Shown: piece by piece, positions 28,686 to 40,671 of the stretch
How the letters are laid out: each line of letters begins with the position of its first letter
How positions within the stretch are numbered: position 1 is the stretch's first letter
Assembly (NCBI GenBank): GCA_046594835.1
Contig: JBKJQZ010000165.1
Location: forward strand, 1 to 40,828
Source of the DNA: Acidimicrobiales bacterium
GTDB lineage: Bacteria; Actinomycetota; Acidimicrobiia; Acidimicrobiales; JACCXE01
Length of the DNA: 40,828 nucleotides
Reading direction: 5' to 3'
Notes under the pieces: model-generated
The model's database searches: none
What the model saw: only the letters and a program-made list of their open reading frames with translations
What the model was told of the DNA's origin: nothing
Translations under genes and position numbers: made by a program

Positions 28686-28984
28686 TGGTTCTCAACTGGT
28701 TCCTCTTCCTCGCCGCGTTCCTTTTCTGCACCGGCGTCTACGGCGTGCTCGCCCGGAAGAACGCCGTGCTCGTGCTCATGTCGGTCGAACTCATCCTCAA
28801 CGCCGTGAACCTCAACCTGGTCGCGTTTGGGGCGTTCAACCAGACCGTCACCGGGCAGGTCTTTGCCCTGTTCGTTATTGCGATCGCTGCCGCCGAGGTC
28901 GGCGTTGGTCTCGCAATCGTGCTGCTCATCTACCGGAATCGGAAGTCGGTTGACCTCACCGGCATCGATTCGTTGAAGGGCTGA
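28685..28984 (+). CDS. nuoK: NADH-quinone oxidoreductase subunit K (copy 2)
   Basis: RKN...[23 protein letters not shown]. Start ATG 28685 after aggaggg. Confidence 0.95.
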   Translation: MVLNWFLFLAAFLFCTGVYGVLARKNAVLVLMSVELILNAVNLNLVAFGAFNQTVTGQVFALFVIAIAAAEVGVGLAIVLLIYRNRKSVDLTGIDSLKG

Positions 28985-28987
28985 TCG

Positions 28988-31156
28988 GTGCTCGAACACG
29001 CTTGGGTCATCCCGCTAATTCCGGTCGCCTCGTTCGTTTTGATTCTCTTCTTCGGGAAGCGCCTGCCGAGCAAGGGCTCGTCGATCGGCGTAGCCGCGCT
29101 GGCGATCTGCTTCGTGCTCTCGCTTGTGCTCGCGGCCGACTGGATCGGTCGCGACAAGACCGTCGAGACGCTGCATCGCGCGACGCCCACGCAGCTCCGT
29201 GCCCACGAAGGCGCAGCAGGCGACGAACCGGCTATCGGCGACACGCCCGCGGAAGCAGTGGGGTCACACGCGGTCGAGGGCGGAGCGGAGGAAGAAGTCG
29301 TCCTCAAGCGCGCGCCGGTCGTGAAGGAAAAAGTCTGGTTCACGACCGGCGGCACCCACGGCGTCAAGGTGAAGGTCGGGGTTCTCATCGACGGCCTCGC
29401 CGTCGCGCTGCTTGTAGTCGTGTCGACCATCTCGCTGCTCGTGCACATCTTCTCGACGGAGTACATGCGCGACGACCGGCGCAAAACGCACTACTTCGCC
29501 GCGCTGAGTTTGTTCACGTCGGGCATGTTCATCCTCGTCACGTCGTCGAACACCCTGCAGATGATCTTCGGGTGGGAGCTAATGGGCCTGTGCTCGTTCA
29601 TGCTCATCGGCCACTGGTGGGAGGACAAGGACATTTCGAACGCCGCGCTCAAGGCGTTCCTCACAACGCGCACCGGCGACATCGGCCTGCTGGTCGGTGT
29701 GTCGATGTTGTTCGGCTTGGCCGGCAACTCCTTCGACATCCTCCACATCAACAACCTGGCCTTACGCGGCGGCATGGACCAGGGCCTGCTCACCGTCGCA
29801 GCCTGCGCCCTCCTGGTTGCGGTGATCGGCAAGAGCGCCCAGTTCCCGCTGCACACATGGTTGCCCGACGCCATGGCCGGTCCTACGCCTGTGTCGGCCC
29901 TGATTCACGCCGCCACCATGGTCGTGGCCGGCGTGTTCCTCCTCGCCCGCATGTACGGCGTGTTCTGGCAGGGCTTTCACATCGGCGCTACCGACGGCTA
30001 CTCGCCGGTCGCGATGGTCGGTGGCGTCACGATCGTGATCGCCGCCTTACTCGCCTTCGTGCAGACCGACATCAAGAAGGTCCTCGCCTACTCAACTATC
30101 AGCCAGTTGGGTTACATGGTGATGGCGCTGGGCGTCGGCGCGTGGACCGCCGCGATCTTCCACCTTTTCACCCACGCCTTCTTCAAGGCCTGCCTGTTTC
30201 TCGGGGCGGGCTCGGTCGCCCACAGCGGGTCGCATCACAGCTTCGAGATGAAAAAAGACATGGGCGGGCTCAAGAAGCACATGCCCATTACGTTCTGGAC
30301 CTTCAGCGTCGCATCGCTCGCGCTCGCCGGACTGCCGCCCTTCGCGGGATTCTTTTCCAAGGACGAGATCCTCGTTGGCGCAAGCGAGAACGGTTACAAG
30401 CTGTTCCTCATCGTCGGCCTTGTTGGCGCGGCGATGACCGCTGCGTACATGACGCGCTGCATCTACCTCACCTTCTTCGGTGAGGCCCGTGGCAACGCGG
30501 CACATCACCATCCGCACGAGTCGCCGCTGCCGATCACGGGTCCGCTCGTGGTTCTCGCAGTGCTGTCAGTTGTCGCCGGCTTCGCGCAGGCCCCACTGTT
30601 TGGGATCGAAGCCTTCGCCGACATCGTCGAGCCGTCGTATGTCACCAACGTGGTGAGCCATCACGGCTTCGTGGGCAGTCTGGCGCTGGCCGGCATCGTC
30701 GCCGCCGTGCTCGGTGTGGCGGCCTCGTTCACCTATTACTTCCAACGGGAAGGGCGGTCGATGAATCTGGTCGCGCGCAACCCGCTGGCGCGAGGCGGGT
30801 ACCGCCTCCTCATCAACAAGTACTACCTCGACACCGTCTACACCGACGGCGTCGTTGGTGCCCTGAAGGGCCCGATCGCCTCGGCCACGTACTGGGTCAA
30901 CCAGAACGTGATCGACGGCGTGCTCAACGGCGCCGCCGCCGTGGCGATTCGCCTCGGGACTTTCACCTACAACGTCATCGACCAACAGGTCGTGGACGCA
31001 GCGGTGAACGGCATCGGCGTGTCTGCGGAAGCTGGCGGCGGAGCACTTCGCCGTTCGCAGACCGGCAAGGTGCAGCAGTACGCAGCGTTCCTCTTTGGAG
31101 CGCTCATCCTCTTTGCCATCGGACTTTGGTGGCACGTGAATGCGGGAGCTAATTGA
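28988..31156 (+). CDS. nuoL: NADH-quinone oxidoreductase subunit L (copy 2)
   Basis: GWELMG, GKSAQFPLHTWLPDAMAGPTPVSALIHAATMV, DIKKVLAYSTISQLG, HAFFKA; long insertion after TM2. Confidence 0.96.
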   Translation: MLEHAWVIPLIPVASFVLILFFGKRLPSKGSSIGVAALAICFVLSLVLAADWIGRDKTVETLHRATPTQLRAHEGAAGDEPAIGDTPAEAVGSHAVEGGAEEEVVLKRAPVVKEKVWFTTGGTHGVKVKVGVLIDGLAVALLVVVSTISLLVHIFSTEYMRDDRRKTHYFAALSLFTSGMFILVTSSNTLQMIFGWELMGLCSFMLIGHWWEDKDISNAALKAFLTTRTGDIGLLVGVSMLFGLAGNSFDILHINNLALRGGMDQGLLTVAACALLVAVIGKSAQFPLHTWLPDAMAGPTPVSALIHAATMVVAGVFLLARMYGVFWQGFHIGATDGYSPVAMVGGVTIVIAALLAFVQTDIKKVLAYSTISQLGYMVMALGVGAWTAAIFHLFTHAFFKACLFLGAGSVAHSGSHHSFEMKKDMGGLKKHMPITFWTFSVASLALAGLPPFAGFFSKDEILVGASENGYKLFLIVGLVGAAMTAAYMTRCIYLTFFGEARGNAAHHHPHESPLPITGPLVVLAVLSVVAGFAQAPLFGIEAFADIVEPSYVTNVVSHHGFVGSLALAGIVAAVLGVAASFTYYFQREGRSMNLVARNPLARGGYRLLINKYYLDTVYTDGVVGALKGPIASATYWVNQNVIDGVLNGAAAVAIRLGTFTYNVIDQQVVDAAVNGIGVSAEAGGGALRRSQTGKVQQYAAFLFGALILFAIGLWWHVNAGAN

Positions 31157-32676
31157 TGCACGACTGGGTTTTGACCCTCGCGACCTTCGCCCCCGTGGCG
31201 GGTGCGGTACTGATCATGTTGATCCCACGCGAGAGCGAAGTGGCCATCAAGTCCACTGCGTTGGCGACCACGATCGTCACGTTTGGGTTCGGCGTGTGGA
31301 TCCTCAAGAACTTCGACTACGACAACACACACAAGTTGCAGTTCTCGGTCAACAAGGAATGGATCGAGATCATCAACAGCCGGTACCACGTCGGTCTCGA
31401 CGGGTTGTCGCTACCGCTTCTGGTGCTGTCGATGTTCATCTGCATCCTGTGTGTCATCTATTCGTGGGATCACTTTCCCGAGCCGCACAACCCCAAGGCG
31501 TTCCTCGCGCTAATCCTTCTGCTCGAGACCGGCATGAACGGCACGTTCGTTGCCCAGGACCTCATCCTGTTCTTCGTCTTTTTCGAACTCGTGCTGCTGC
31601 CGATGTATTTCATGATCGGGGTGTGGGGCGGCGCCAACCGCCAGTACGCGTCGATCAAGTTCTTCTTGTTCACGCTCTTCGGTTCGGCGCTGATGATCCT
31701 CGGGTTCCTCGCGCTGTTCTTCAAGGCGGGCCATACCTTCGACATCCCGACGCTCGTCGCAAACGCGTCGACGATGCTGCCGCACAACACCGAGGTGTGG
31801 ATCTTCGGCGCCCTGTTCATGGGCTTCGCGATCAAGGTGCCGATGTTCCCGTTCCATACGTGGCTGCCCGACGCCCACACGGAAGCGCCCACGGTGGGGT
31901 CGGTGATTCTCGCTGCGGTCCTGCTGAAGCTCGGTACCTACGGTTTCGTCCGCATCGCGCTGCCGGTCCTTCCCGACGCGGCCCACACCTGGGCTCCGGT
32001 TATCGGTCTGCTGGCGGTCATCGGCATCATTTACGGCGCCCTCGGCTGTCTGGCCCAGAAAGACCTCAAGCGCCTGATCGCCTTCTCGTCCGTCGCCCAC
32101 ATGGGCTTCGTGATGCTCGGCATTGCCACCCTGACCGACTTCGGCATCAACGCCGCGGTGTTCGGCATGGTTGCGCACGGCCTCATTACCGGCATGTTGT
32201 TCTTCCTCGCCGGGTCGATCGGGGAGCGCTACGGCACCCGCGAAATCGCCCGCCTCGGTGGCGTGCTCACCCAAGCGCCCAAGATCGGTTGGATGCTCGG
32301 CTTCTGCGCCATGGCATCACTTGGTCTGCCCGGACTCGCCGGTTTCTGGGGTGAGTTCCCGGCGATTCTGTCGGCGTTCAATCCGGCGCCGGGACTGTCG
32401 GTTGTGCTGTTTCGCTGGTACATGGTGATCGCCTCGATCGGTACCGTGTTCGCCGCGGGTTACCTGCTGTGGATGTTCCAACGGGTTGCCTTCGGTGAGC
32501 CGAAGGAAGAGTTCGCCAACGCCCACATCCACGACGTACACACGCCGGAGTGGATTGCGTGGGTGCCGATGCTTGCTCTGATCGTCATCCTCGGCGTGTT
32601 TCCCGGACTGCTGTTCAACATCACCGACGGAGCGGTCACGCAGATTTCCTCAACCCTCGCAGCGATCGGGCACTAA
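31156..32676 (+). CDS. nuoM: NADH-quinone oxidoreductase subunit M (copy 2)
   Basis: GLDGLS, FFELVLLPMYF, KVPMFPFHTWLPDAHTEAPT, LKLGTYG. Start ATG 31156, 7 nt after gggag. Confidence 0.96.
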   Translation: MHDWVLTLATFAPVAGAVLIMLIPRESEVAIKSTALATTIVTFGFGVWILKNFDYDNTHKLQFSVNKEWIEIINSRYHVGLDGLSLPLLVLSMFICILCVIYSWDHFPEPHNPKAFLALILLLETGMNGTFVAQDLILFFVFFELVLLPMYFMIGVWGGANRQYASIKFFLFTLFGSALMILGFLALFFKAGHTFDIPTLVANASTMLPHNTEVWIFGALFMGFAIKVPMFPFHTWLPDAHTEAPTVGSVILAAVLLKLGTYGFVRIALPVLPDAAHTWAPVIGLLAVIGIIYGALGCLAQKDLKRLIAFSSVAHMGFVMLGIATLTDFGINAAVFGMVAHGLITGMLFFLAGSIGERYGTREIARLGGVLTQAPKIGWMLGFCAMASLGLPGLAGFWGEFPAILSAFNPAPGLSVVLFRWYMVIASIGTVFAAGYLLWMFQRVAFGEPKEEFANAHIHDVHTPEWIAWVPMLALIVILGVFPGLLFNITDGAVTQISSTLAAIGH

Positions 32677-32679
32677 CCA

Positions 32680-34197
32680 GTGCTGCTCGACCTTCTCGCG
32701 AAGACGGGCGGTGCGTTCCACGCGCCGGTGCTCGACTATCACGCGTTCGCGCCCGAGATAGTTCTCACGGGCGTCCTCGTCATGGTGCTGGTTGCCGATC
32801 TGATCGTTCCCGAAGACCGCAAGGTCTGGGTCACGAACCTCGCCGGACTCGGTTTGCTCGGCGCGCTGATCCCGATCATCACGTTGGCGGTTAGCAACAA
32901 CGACCGATCGATGTTCGGTGGCGCGTATGTGGTTGATCACTTCGCGCTCGTGCTGAAGGGTCTGTTCATCGCCACGGGTTACGTGGTGTTGTTGATGTCG
33001 ACCAACTACGTGGCCGACGGCGACTATTACGAGGGCGAGTACAGCTTCTTGATGCTGTCGTCGATCCTCGGCATGGTCGTCATGGCGTCGGCGCGCGACC
33101 TCATCACGATCTTCGTGGCGCTCGAAATGCTCTCGCTACCGGCCTACATGCTTGCCGGCTGGCGCAAGCGCGACCTCAAGAGCAACGAAGCTGCGCTGAA
33201 GTACTACCTGCTCGGGGTGCTGTCGTCGGCCGTGATGCTCTACGGCATGTCGCTGGTCTTCGGACTCTCGGGAACCACCGTGCTCGCCGACATGGGTTCG
33301 ATCCTCGGTCAGTACGGCGACACGCCGATGATCACGGTCGCGCTCCTCATGATCGTCATCGGTTTCGCGTTCAAAGTCTCGGCGGTTCCGTTCCACTTCT
33401 GGGCGCCCGACACCTACGAAGGCGCGCCCACTCCAGTCACGGCGTTCCTGTCGGTCGCTAGCAAGACCGCGGGCTTCGTGGCGCTCATGGAGATCCTCTA
33501 TGTCGGCTTCGCCGCCAACAACGACGTGTGGGGCCCGCTTACCTGGGTGCTCGCGGCGCTCACGATGACGGTGGGCAACCTTGTCGCGCTGCGCCAAACC
33601 AACATCGTGCGCATGCTGGCGTATTCGTCGATCGCCCAGGCCGGTTACATGCTCGTGCCCTTCGCCGTAGCGGGGGCGAACAACAGCTCGCTTGTCACCG
33701 CCCAAAAGGCGACCGTGCTCTACCTGCTCATCTACACCGCAATGAACCTCGGCGCCTTCGCCGTGATCATCGCTGTCGCCCGTAAGACCCGCTCCGGCGA
33801 GATCTCGAGCTTCGGTGGCCTGTTCACGTACGCGCCCGGACTGACGCTGCTGATGACGGCGTTCATGTTCAGCCTCGCCGGCATCCCGCCCCTTGGAGGC
33901 TGGTTCGCCAAGCTCTACATGTTCAGCGCCGCGCTCGACGCGGGCACACCGTGGGCCATCGGTCTCGCGGTCATCGCTGGGCTCAACTCGGTCATTGCGT
34001 TGTTCTATTACGCGTCGATCGCACGCGAGATGTGGATGAAGCCGGTGCCCGACGGCGACGTCACGCCGATCCGCATTCCTCCGGCGCTCGCCACCGCGCT
34101 CGGTATCTGCGTCGCGCTCACGATTGCGGTCGGCGTCTACCCGACGCTGTTCGCAAAGCTCGCCGACCTCACCGTTCTCACCCGCGGCGTGCTCTAA
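32680..34197 (+). CDS. nuoN: NADH-quinone oxidoreductase subunit N (copy 2)
   Basis: LEMLSLP, EAALKY, FKVSAVPFHFWAPDTYEGAPTP, RMLAYSSIAQAG. Confidence 0.96.
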   Translation: MLLDLLAKTGGAFHAPVLDYHAFAPEIVLTGVLVMVLVADLIVPEDRKVWVTNLAGLGLLGALIPIITLAVSNNDRSMFGGAYVVDHFALVLKGLFIATGYVVLLMSTNYVADGDYYEGEYSFLMLSSILGMVVMASARDLITIFVALEMLSLPAYMLAGWRKRDLKSNEAALKYYLLGVLSSAVMLYGMSLVFGLSGTTVLADMGSILGQYGDTPMITVALLMIVIGFAFKVSAVPFHFWAPDTYEGAPTPVTAFLSVASKTAGFVALMEILYVGFAANNDVWGPLTWVLAALTMTVGNLVALRQTNIVRMLAYSSIAQAGYMLVPFAVAGANNSSLVTAQKATVLYLLIYTAMNLGAFAVIIAVARKTRSGEISSFGGLFTYAPGLTLLMTAFMFSLAGIPPLGGWFAKLYMFSAALDAGTPWAIGLAVIAGLNSVIALFYYASIAREMWMKPVPDGDVTPIRIPPALATALGICVALTIAVGVYPTLFAKLADLTVLTRGVL

Positions 34198-34212
34198 ACG
34201 GGCACCGGCGCG

Positions 34213-35124
34213 ATGAGTGCGCCCGTACCCTTCGACGAGTTCATGCACGCGGCCCTGTACGGGTCCGAGGGCTTTTACGCGACGGGTCGCGGCGCAGGCC
34301 GACACCGCGACTTCATCACGAGTCCGGAGATCGGTCCGCTGTTTGGTGCCGTTGTCGCGCACGCCCTCGACGAGTGGTGGGACGAACTCGGCCACCCCGA
34401 CCCCTTCGTCGTGATCGAAGCTGCCGCCGGGACCGGCGCGCTCGAACGCAGCGTCGTTGCCGCAGCCCCGCGGTGCGCCGCATCCCTCCGCTACGTGCCG
34501 GTCGAGTTCGCCGATCCGTGGCCCGAAGGCGGCGAAGTTGGCGTGATCATCGCCAACGAACTGCTGGACAACCTCGCCTTCAAGATCGTCGAACGCACCA
34601 AAGACGCGTGGGTCGAAGTGCTCGTCGAGGGCGACGCGTTCGCGCTCGGCGCGCCGGTCGCGGGGTTTGATCACGTCGACGCGCCGGTCGGCTCACGTCT
34701 TCCGTGGCACACCACTGGAATCGACTGGCTGGCGCGGGCTCACGCAACCTTTACCCGCGGCCGCATCGTGCTCGTCGACTACGGCACCCCGACCGCGCAG
34801 GAACTCGTCGGGCGTCAGTGGCTGCGGACCTACCAGCAACACGGCCGCGGCTTCGACCCGCTCCGTGCACCCGGCGAGCAAGACATCACCACGGACGTCG
34901 CGTTCGACCAACTGGTCCCAGACCGTCTGGTGACCCAGGCGGACTGGTTGCGAGCGCACGGCATCGACGCACTTGTTGACGTAGCCCGCGCCACGTGGCA
35001 CGCACGGGCGGCGATCGGTGACCTTGCTGCGTTGAAGGCCCGCAGTCGCGTCAACGAAGCCGACGCGCTCCTCGACCCCGGCGGTCCCGGCGGCTTCCTC
35101 GTCGCCGAATGGGATCTGTCCTAA
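34213..35124 (+). CDS. SAM-dependent methyltransferase, MidA/NDUFAF7 (DUF185) family
   Basis: [30 protein letters not shown] motif, [28 protein letters not shown]. Confidence 0.88.
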   Translation: MSAPVPFDEFMHAALYGSEGFYATGRGAGRHRDFITSPEIGPLFGAVVAHALDEWWDELGHPDPFVVIEAAAGTGALERSVVAAAPRCAASLRYVPVEFADPWPEGGEVGVIIANELLDNLAFKIVERTKDAWVEVLVEGDAFALGAPVAGFDHVDAPVGSRLPWHTTGIDWLARAHATFTRGRIVLVDYGTPTAQELVGRQWLRTYQQHGRGFDPLRAPGEQDITTDVAFDQLVPDRLVTQADWLRAHGIDALVDVARATWHARAAIGDLAALKARSRVNEADALLDPGGPGGFLVAEWDLS

Positions 35125-35138
35125 TTAAGGTCAAGGCC

Positions 35139-37096
<1,958 letters not shown>

Positions 37097-37100
<4 letters not shown>

Positions 37101-37591
37101 GTACCCAGTCCACCCCTAAGAACTGGCGCTGGCGAGTGGGTCCGGTCGCCGCCGGACCCGCGGTGATGTTCGATATCGACGGCGTCCTCTCGGACGCCGT
37201 CGGCCGTCAGCACTACATCGAGGGCCCGCGCCGCGACTGGCCGGCGTTTTTCGAGGCGTGTGGCGACGATCCGCTCATCGAGGAGGTTGGCGAGCTACTG
37301 CACCGACTCGACTCGTCGCTCCCGATCGTGCTGCTCACGGCGCGTCCGTTGCGCGTGCAACCACAAACGGTTGGCTGGCTCGAGCGCTACGACCTGCGTT
37401 GGGACCTTCTCATCATGCGCGACCACGGCGACTACGACTACGCCGAAGACTTCAAGTTTTACAGCGTGCAGGAGTTGAAGCAGAGAGGGATCGATCTTGT
37501 CCTTGCGTTCGAGGATGACCCGCGCAACGTGATGATGCTGCGATCGGCGGGCGTGCCCTGCGTCTACCTACACTCGGGGTACTACGGCTAA
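37097..37591 (+). CDS. HAD-superfamily phosphatase, polynucleotide-kinase 3'-phosphatase-like
   Basis: Motif I FDIDGVL, motif II LTAR, Lys of motif III (EDFK), motif IV FEDD; GTGA overlap with acs. Confidence 0.8.
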
Positions 37592-37608
37592 CGACTCTGG
37601 GAGACTTG

Positions 37609-38505
37609 GTGGCTGAGATAAAGACCGTTGTCTTCGATAGCGACCGTTGGAGCGGCTTCGAGTTCCGCGACGACGACATCATCATCAGCACGCCGGCGAA
37701 GTGCGGCACGACCTGGACCCAGATGCTCGTGGCGCTGTTGATCTTCGACACCACCGATCTACCGGCACCGGTCGCGCACCTTTCGCCGTGGCTGGACATG
37801 AACACGAGGCCGCTCGCCGATGTACGCGCCGAACTCGAGGGCCAGTCGCACCGTCGCTTCATCAAGTCGCACTTACCGTTTGGTTCGCTGCCCTACGACG
37901 AACGCGTTACGTACGTGACCTGCGGGCGCGACCCGCGTGACGTGGCGGTGTCGTGGGCGCACCACCTGGCGAACATCGACTTCGACGAGTTCATGCGTCA
38001 ACGCATTGCGTCGGTTGGTATGGAGGATCTCGCCGAACTCGGAGCGCCCGAGCCCGTCCCCGATGACCCGACGGAGGCGTTTTGGCATTGGATCGAGTCG
38101 GACAGTCCGATGGGCAGCTTGAGCGCGACAGTTTCCCACCTCGGTTCGTTCTGGCATCACCGGAGCGAGCCGAACGTGATCGCGCTGCACTACGCCGATC
38201 TGCAACGAGATCTTGTCGGGGAGATGGTCCGGCTCGCCGCCCGCCTGGGTCTGGAGCGTTCGCGTGAACGCCTCGCCGAACTGGCGCCCGCCGCTTCGTT
38301 CGATCGCATGCGCGACGATGCCGAGCGGGTGGCCCCCAACGCCGATCAAGGCTTCTGGAAAAGCACCACGGACTTCTTTCATAAGGGCACCTCCGGCCAG
38401 TGGCGCGACCTGATGAGCGAGGACGAACTCCCTCGCTACGAGAAGCGTGTCGGCGAGCTCTGCGCGCCTGAGTTCGCGCACTGGCTCCACCACGGCTCTG
38501 CGTAG
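37609..38505 (+). CDS. PAPS-dependent sulfotransferase
   Basis: 5'-PSB loop STPAKCGTTW, KSHLP, 3'-PB RDPRDVAVS, C-terminal HKGTSGQW. GTG 37609 preferred over TTG 37606 for RBS spacing. Confidence 0.9.
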   Translation: MAEIKTVVFDSDRWSGFEFRDDDIIISTPAKCGTTWTQMLVALLIFDTTDLPAPVAHLSPWLDMNTRPLADVRAELEGQSHRRFIKSHLPFGSLPYDERVTYVTCGRDPRDVAVSWAHHLANIDFDEFMRQRIASVGMEDLAELGAPEPVPDDPTEAFWHWIESDSPMGSLSATVSHLGSFWHHRSEPNVIALHYADLQRDLVGEMVRLAARLGLERSRERLAELAPAASFDRMRDDAERVAPNADQGFWKSTTDFFHKGTSGQWRDLMSEDELPRYEKRVGELCAPEFAHWLHHGSA

Positions 38506-38550
38506 CGGCCGCGTAAGAACTCGCAGTCGACGGGCGTACCGTTGCCAACA

Positions 38551-39399
38551 ATGAGCAAGAACACCATCAAGACCTACGTGCTGCTCGCAGCGCTGGGCGG
38601 ATTTCTCGTTTTGATCGGCGGCGCACTCGGCGGTTCCGGTGGCGCCGCCATCGGGCTTCTTCTTGGCCTCGCCATGTGCGGCGGTTCGTACTGGTTTTCC
38701 GACACCCTTGCGATCAAGGCCTCGGGCGCGGTGCCCGCCACCGAAGCGACGATGCCGGAGTACTTCGCGATCGTGCGGGAGTTGGCCCAAAGGGCAGACA
38801 TGCCAATGCCCAAGCTCTACGTGTCGCCGAACATGCAGCCCAACGCGTTTGCGACGGGCCGCAACCCACACCACGCAGCCGTCGCAGTAACGCAAGGCAT
38901 TCTTGAGGTGCTCGACTGGGATGAGCTGAAGGGCGTCTTGGCGCACGAGATCAGCCACGTCGGCAATCGCGACATCCTCATCGGCTCGGTCGCCGCCGCC
39001 ATCGCGACCGGCATCATGTTCGCGAGCCGCTTCGCCTTCTTCTTCGGCGGTGGGGGCGACGACGAGGACCGCCCCAACCCCATCGTGATGTTGGGGCTCA
39101 TGATCCTGGCGCCGATGGCCGGGATGCTGATCCAGATGGCCATTACCCGCAGCCGCGAGTTCGAGGCCGATCGCACCGGTGCCCGGCTTCTGGGCGACGG
39201 GGAACCTCTTGCGCGCGCACTCGCCAAGATCGACGCCGCCGCCCAACGCATTCCGATGGACGTGTCGCCTCAGCAGGCGTCTCTCTACATCGTGAACCCG
39301 TTGACAGGCCGCCAGGTGCAGTTCGCCAAGTTCTTCCGGACGCACCCGCCGACCGAAGATCGGATCGCTCGGCTTCGAAGCCGCGACTGGGTGAATTAG
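38551..39399 (+). CDS. htpX: Zinc metalloprotease HtpX (M48)
   Basis: [27 protein letters not shown]; N-terminal TMs. Start ATG 38551, 8 nt after TACCGT. Confidence 0.93.
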   Translation: MSKNTIKTYVLLAALGGFLVLIGGALGGSGGAAIGLLLGLAMCGGSYWFSDTLAIKASGAVPATEATMPEYFAIVRELAQRADMPMPKLYVSPNMQPNAFATGRNPHHAAVAVTQGILEVLDWDELKGVLAHEISHVGNRDILIGSVAAAIATGIMFASRFAFFFGGGGDDEDRPNPIVMLGLMILAPMAGMLIQMAITRSREFEADRTGARLLGDGEPLARALAKIDAAAQRIPMDVSPQQASLYIVNPLTGRQVQFAKFFRTHPPTEDRIARLRSRDWVN

Positions 39400-39470
39400 C
39401 CCGAATACCCCGAAATCTTGGGGTGACCCTGGAAACTGGGCCCGACGTAAGTATTCTCTGTGCCCGAACC

Positions 39471-40568
39471 ATGCGGAATCGCTTGACCATGGCGCGCGGC
39501 ACGATCGCGCTCGCTGTCCTGTTGTGCACGGCTACGGCAGCCGTTACTACCGGCGCGTCCGCGCAGATCCTGCAGCCGACCACGACCACGACTACGTCGC
39601 CCGCGCAATCCCCGGCCACCACAACAACGACGGACCCCAAGCAGCCCAAGCTCGTTGGTGGTGGCGGCGACGATCCGGGCCAGACCAGAGGCGTCATCCC
39701 TCCGGGCTACGCCAAGATCATCGCGTCGGTAAAGCGAAGCAAGGCGAACAACACACGCGCGCTGCTCGCATCGCTCCAGCCCCTGGTGGATCGCGGCTTG
39801 GACGCAGGCCAAGCGGCGGCCTATGGCTTTGGCCGCTTCCCCGTAGCGGGCCCGGCCAACTTCACCGACGACTGGCTAAACCCGCGCTTCACGCCCGTGT
39901 TCCACCTCCACGAGGGCACCGACATATTCGCGATGACGGGTACGCCGGTGCGTTCGCCGGTCGACGGCGTGGTGCGCCACGCCTCGGGCGGTGCCGGAGG
40001 CATGGCCGCGTACGTGCGTACGGTCGAAGGCCACGACGTGTACTTCGCTCACCTCTCGGCCTACTCCGAGGTCAAGCCGGGCGACACAGTGAAGGTCGGC
40101 GACGTGATCGGCTTCGTCGGCGACACCGGCAACGCCAAGGGCGGCGCTGCGCACTTGCACTTCGAGATCCATCCCAAGGGCAAGGGCCCAGTTAATCCCA
40201 AGCCGTACCTCGACCAGTGGCTCGCCCAGGCCCTCGCGAGCGCCCCGGCGCTTGTCGCGAGTTACCTCGGCGCCGCCACCCCGGCCGTCACAACCCCGCC
40301 GATCCCCGAAGTGCTACCGGCGTCGGTGCAACGCATTCAGCCGCCCCGCGCCCAGTTGGCGTGGGCGAGTTCGGCCAACCCCACGGGCGGAGCGCTTCGC
40401 CTCGCCGAGGTAGAAGCCACCGTTGCTTCGCTCAATGTTGACTGGAACCAACGGGCCCGCAAAGCCGAGTCCGATCGCAAAGCGATCGCAGCAGCCGACG
40501 CGACCGCAAAAGCGATGCTGCGCCCGCTCACTCCGCGGGGCCTGCTCGACGTTCTCGGCCTTCGCTAG
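39471..40568 (+). CDS. Secreted M23-family metallopeptidase (peptidoglycan endopeptidase-like)
   Basis: Signal peptide ending ASA-Q, Thr-rich linker, HEGTD (HxxxD), FAHL, GDTGNA, HLHFE (HxH). Start could be 39471 or 39489. Confidence 0.88.
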   Translation: MRNRLTMARGTIALAVLLCTATAAVTTGASAQILQPTTTTTTSPAQSPATTTTTDPKQPKLVGGGGDDPGQTRGVIPPGYAKIIASVKRSKANNTRALLASLQPLVDRGLDAGQAAAYGFGRFPVAGPANFTDDWLNPRFTPVFHLHEGTDIFAMTGTPVRSPVDGVVRHASGGAGGMAAYVRTVEGHDVYFAHLSAYSEVKPGDTVKVGDVIGFVGDTGNAKGGAAHLHFEIHPKGKGPVNPKPYLDQWLAQALASAPALVASYLGAATPAVTTPPIPEVLPASVQRIQPPRAQLAWASSANPTGGALRLAEVEATVASLNVDWNQRARKAESDRKAIAAADATAKAMLRPLTPRGLLDVLGLR

Positions 40569-40579
40569 AGGCCAGAACC

Positions 40580-40609
40580 AAAAGAACTGGTCGCCGGAGC
40601 GACCAGTTC
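40580..40609 (-). terminator. Rho-independent terminator downstream of the tRNA-Tyr 3' end; possibly bidirectional
   Basis: Perfect 11-bp stem GAACTGGTCGC/GCGACCAGTTC (40584-40594 and 40599-40609) with a 4-nt loop, followed by TTTT on the minus strand; lies between convergent transcripts. Confidence 0.8.
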
Positions 40610-40611
40610 AG

Positions 40612-40671
40612 TGGTGGGCCGTGGAGGATTTGAACCTCCGTAGGCTGAGCCGGCAGATTTACAGTCTGCTC
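40612..40671 (-). pseudogene. 3' fragment of tRNA-Tyr(GTA), probable att-site duplication
   Basis: Minus strand: GA-GCAGA-CTGTAAA-TCTGC-CGGCTCAGCCTAC-GGAGG-TTCAAAT-CCTCC-ACGGCCC-A-CCA, i.e. anticodon arm, long variable arm, T arm, 3' acceptor strand and CCA. Upstream sequence gives no D arm and no GGGCCGT 5' acceptor strand. Confidence 0.85.

Noticed and set aside
29002-32354. Long Arg-rich alternative-frame plus-strand ORFs (29002-30483, 31140-32354)
   Set aside because: Out-of-frame overlaps of nuoL and nuoM produced by GC3 codon bias.
39407-39424. Short hairpin ACCCCGA-AATC-TTGGGGT after htpX as a terminator
   Set aside because: Only 7 bp including a G-U pair, with no U-tract; too weak to call.
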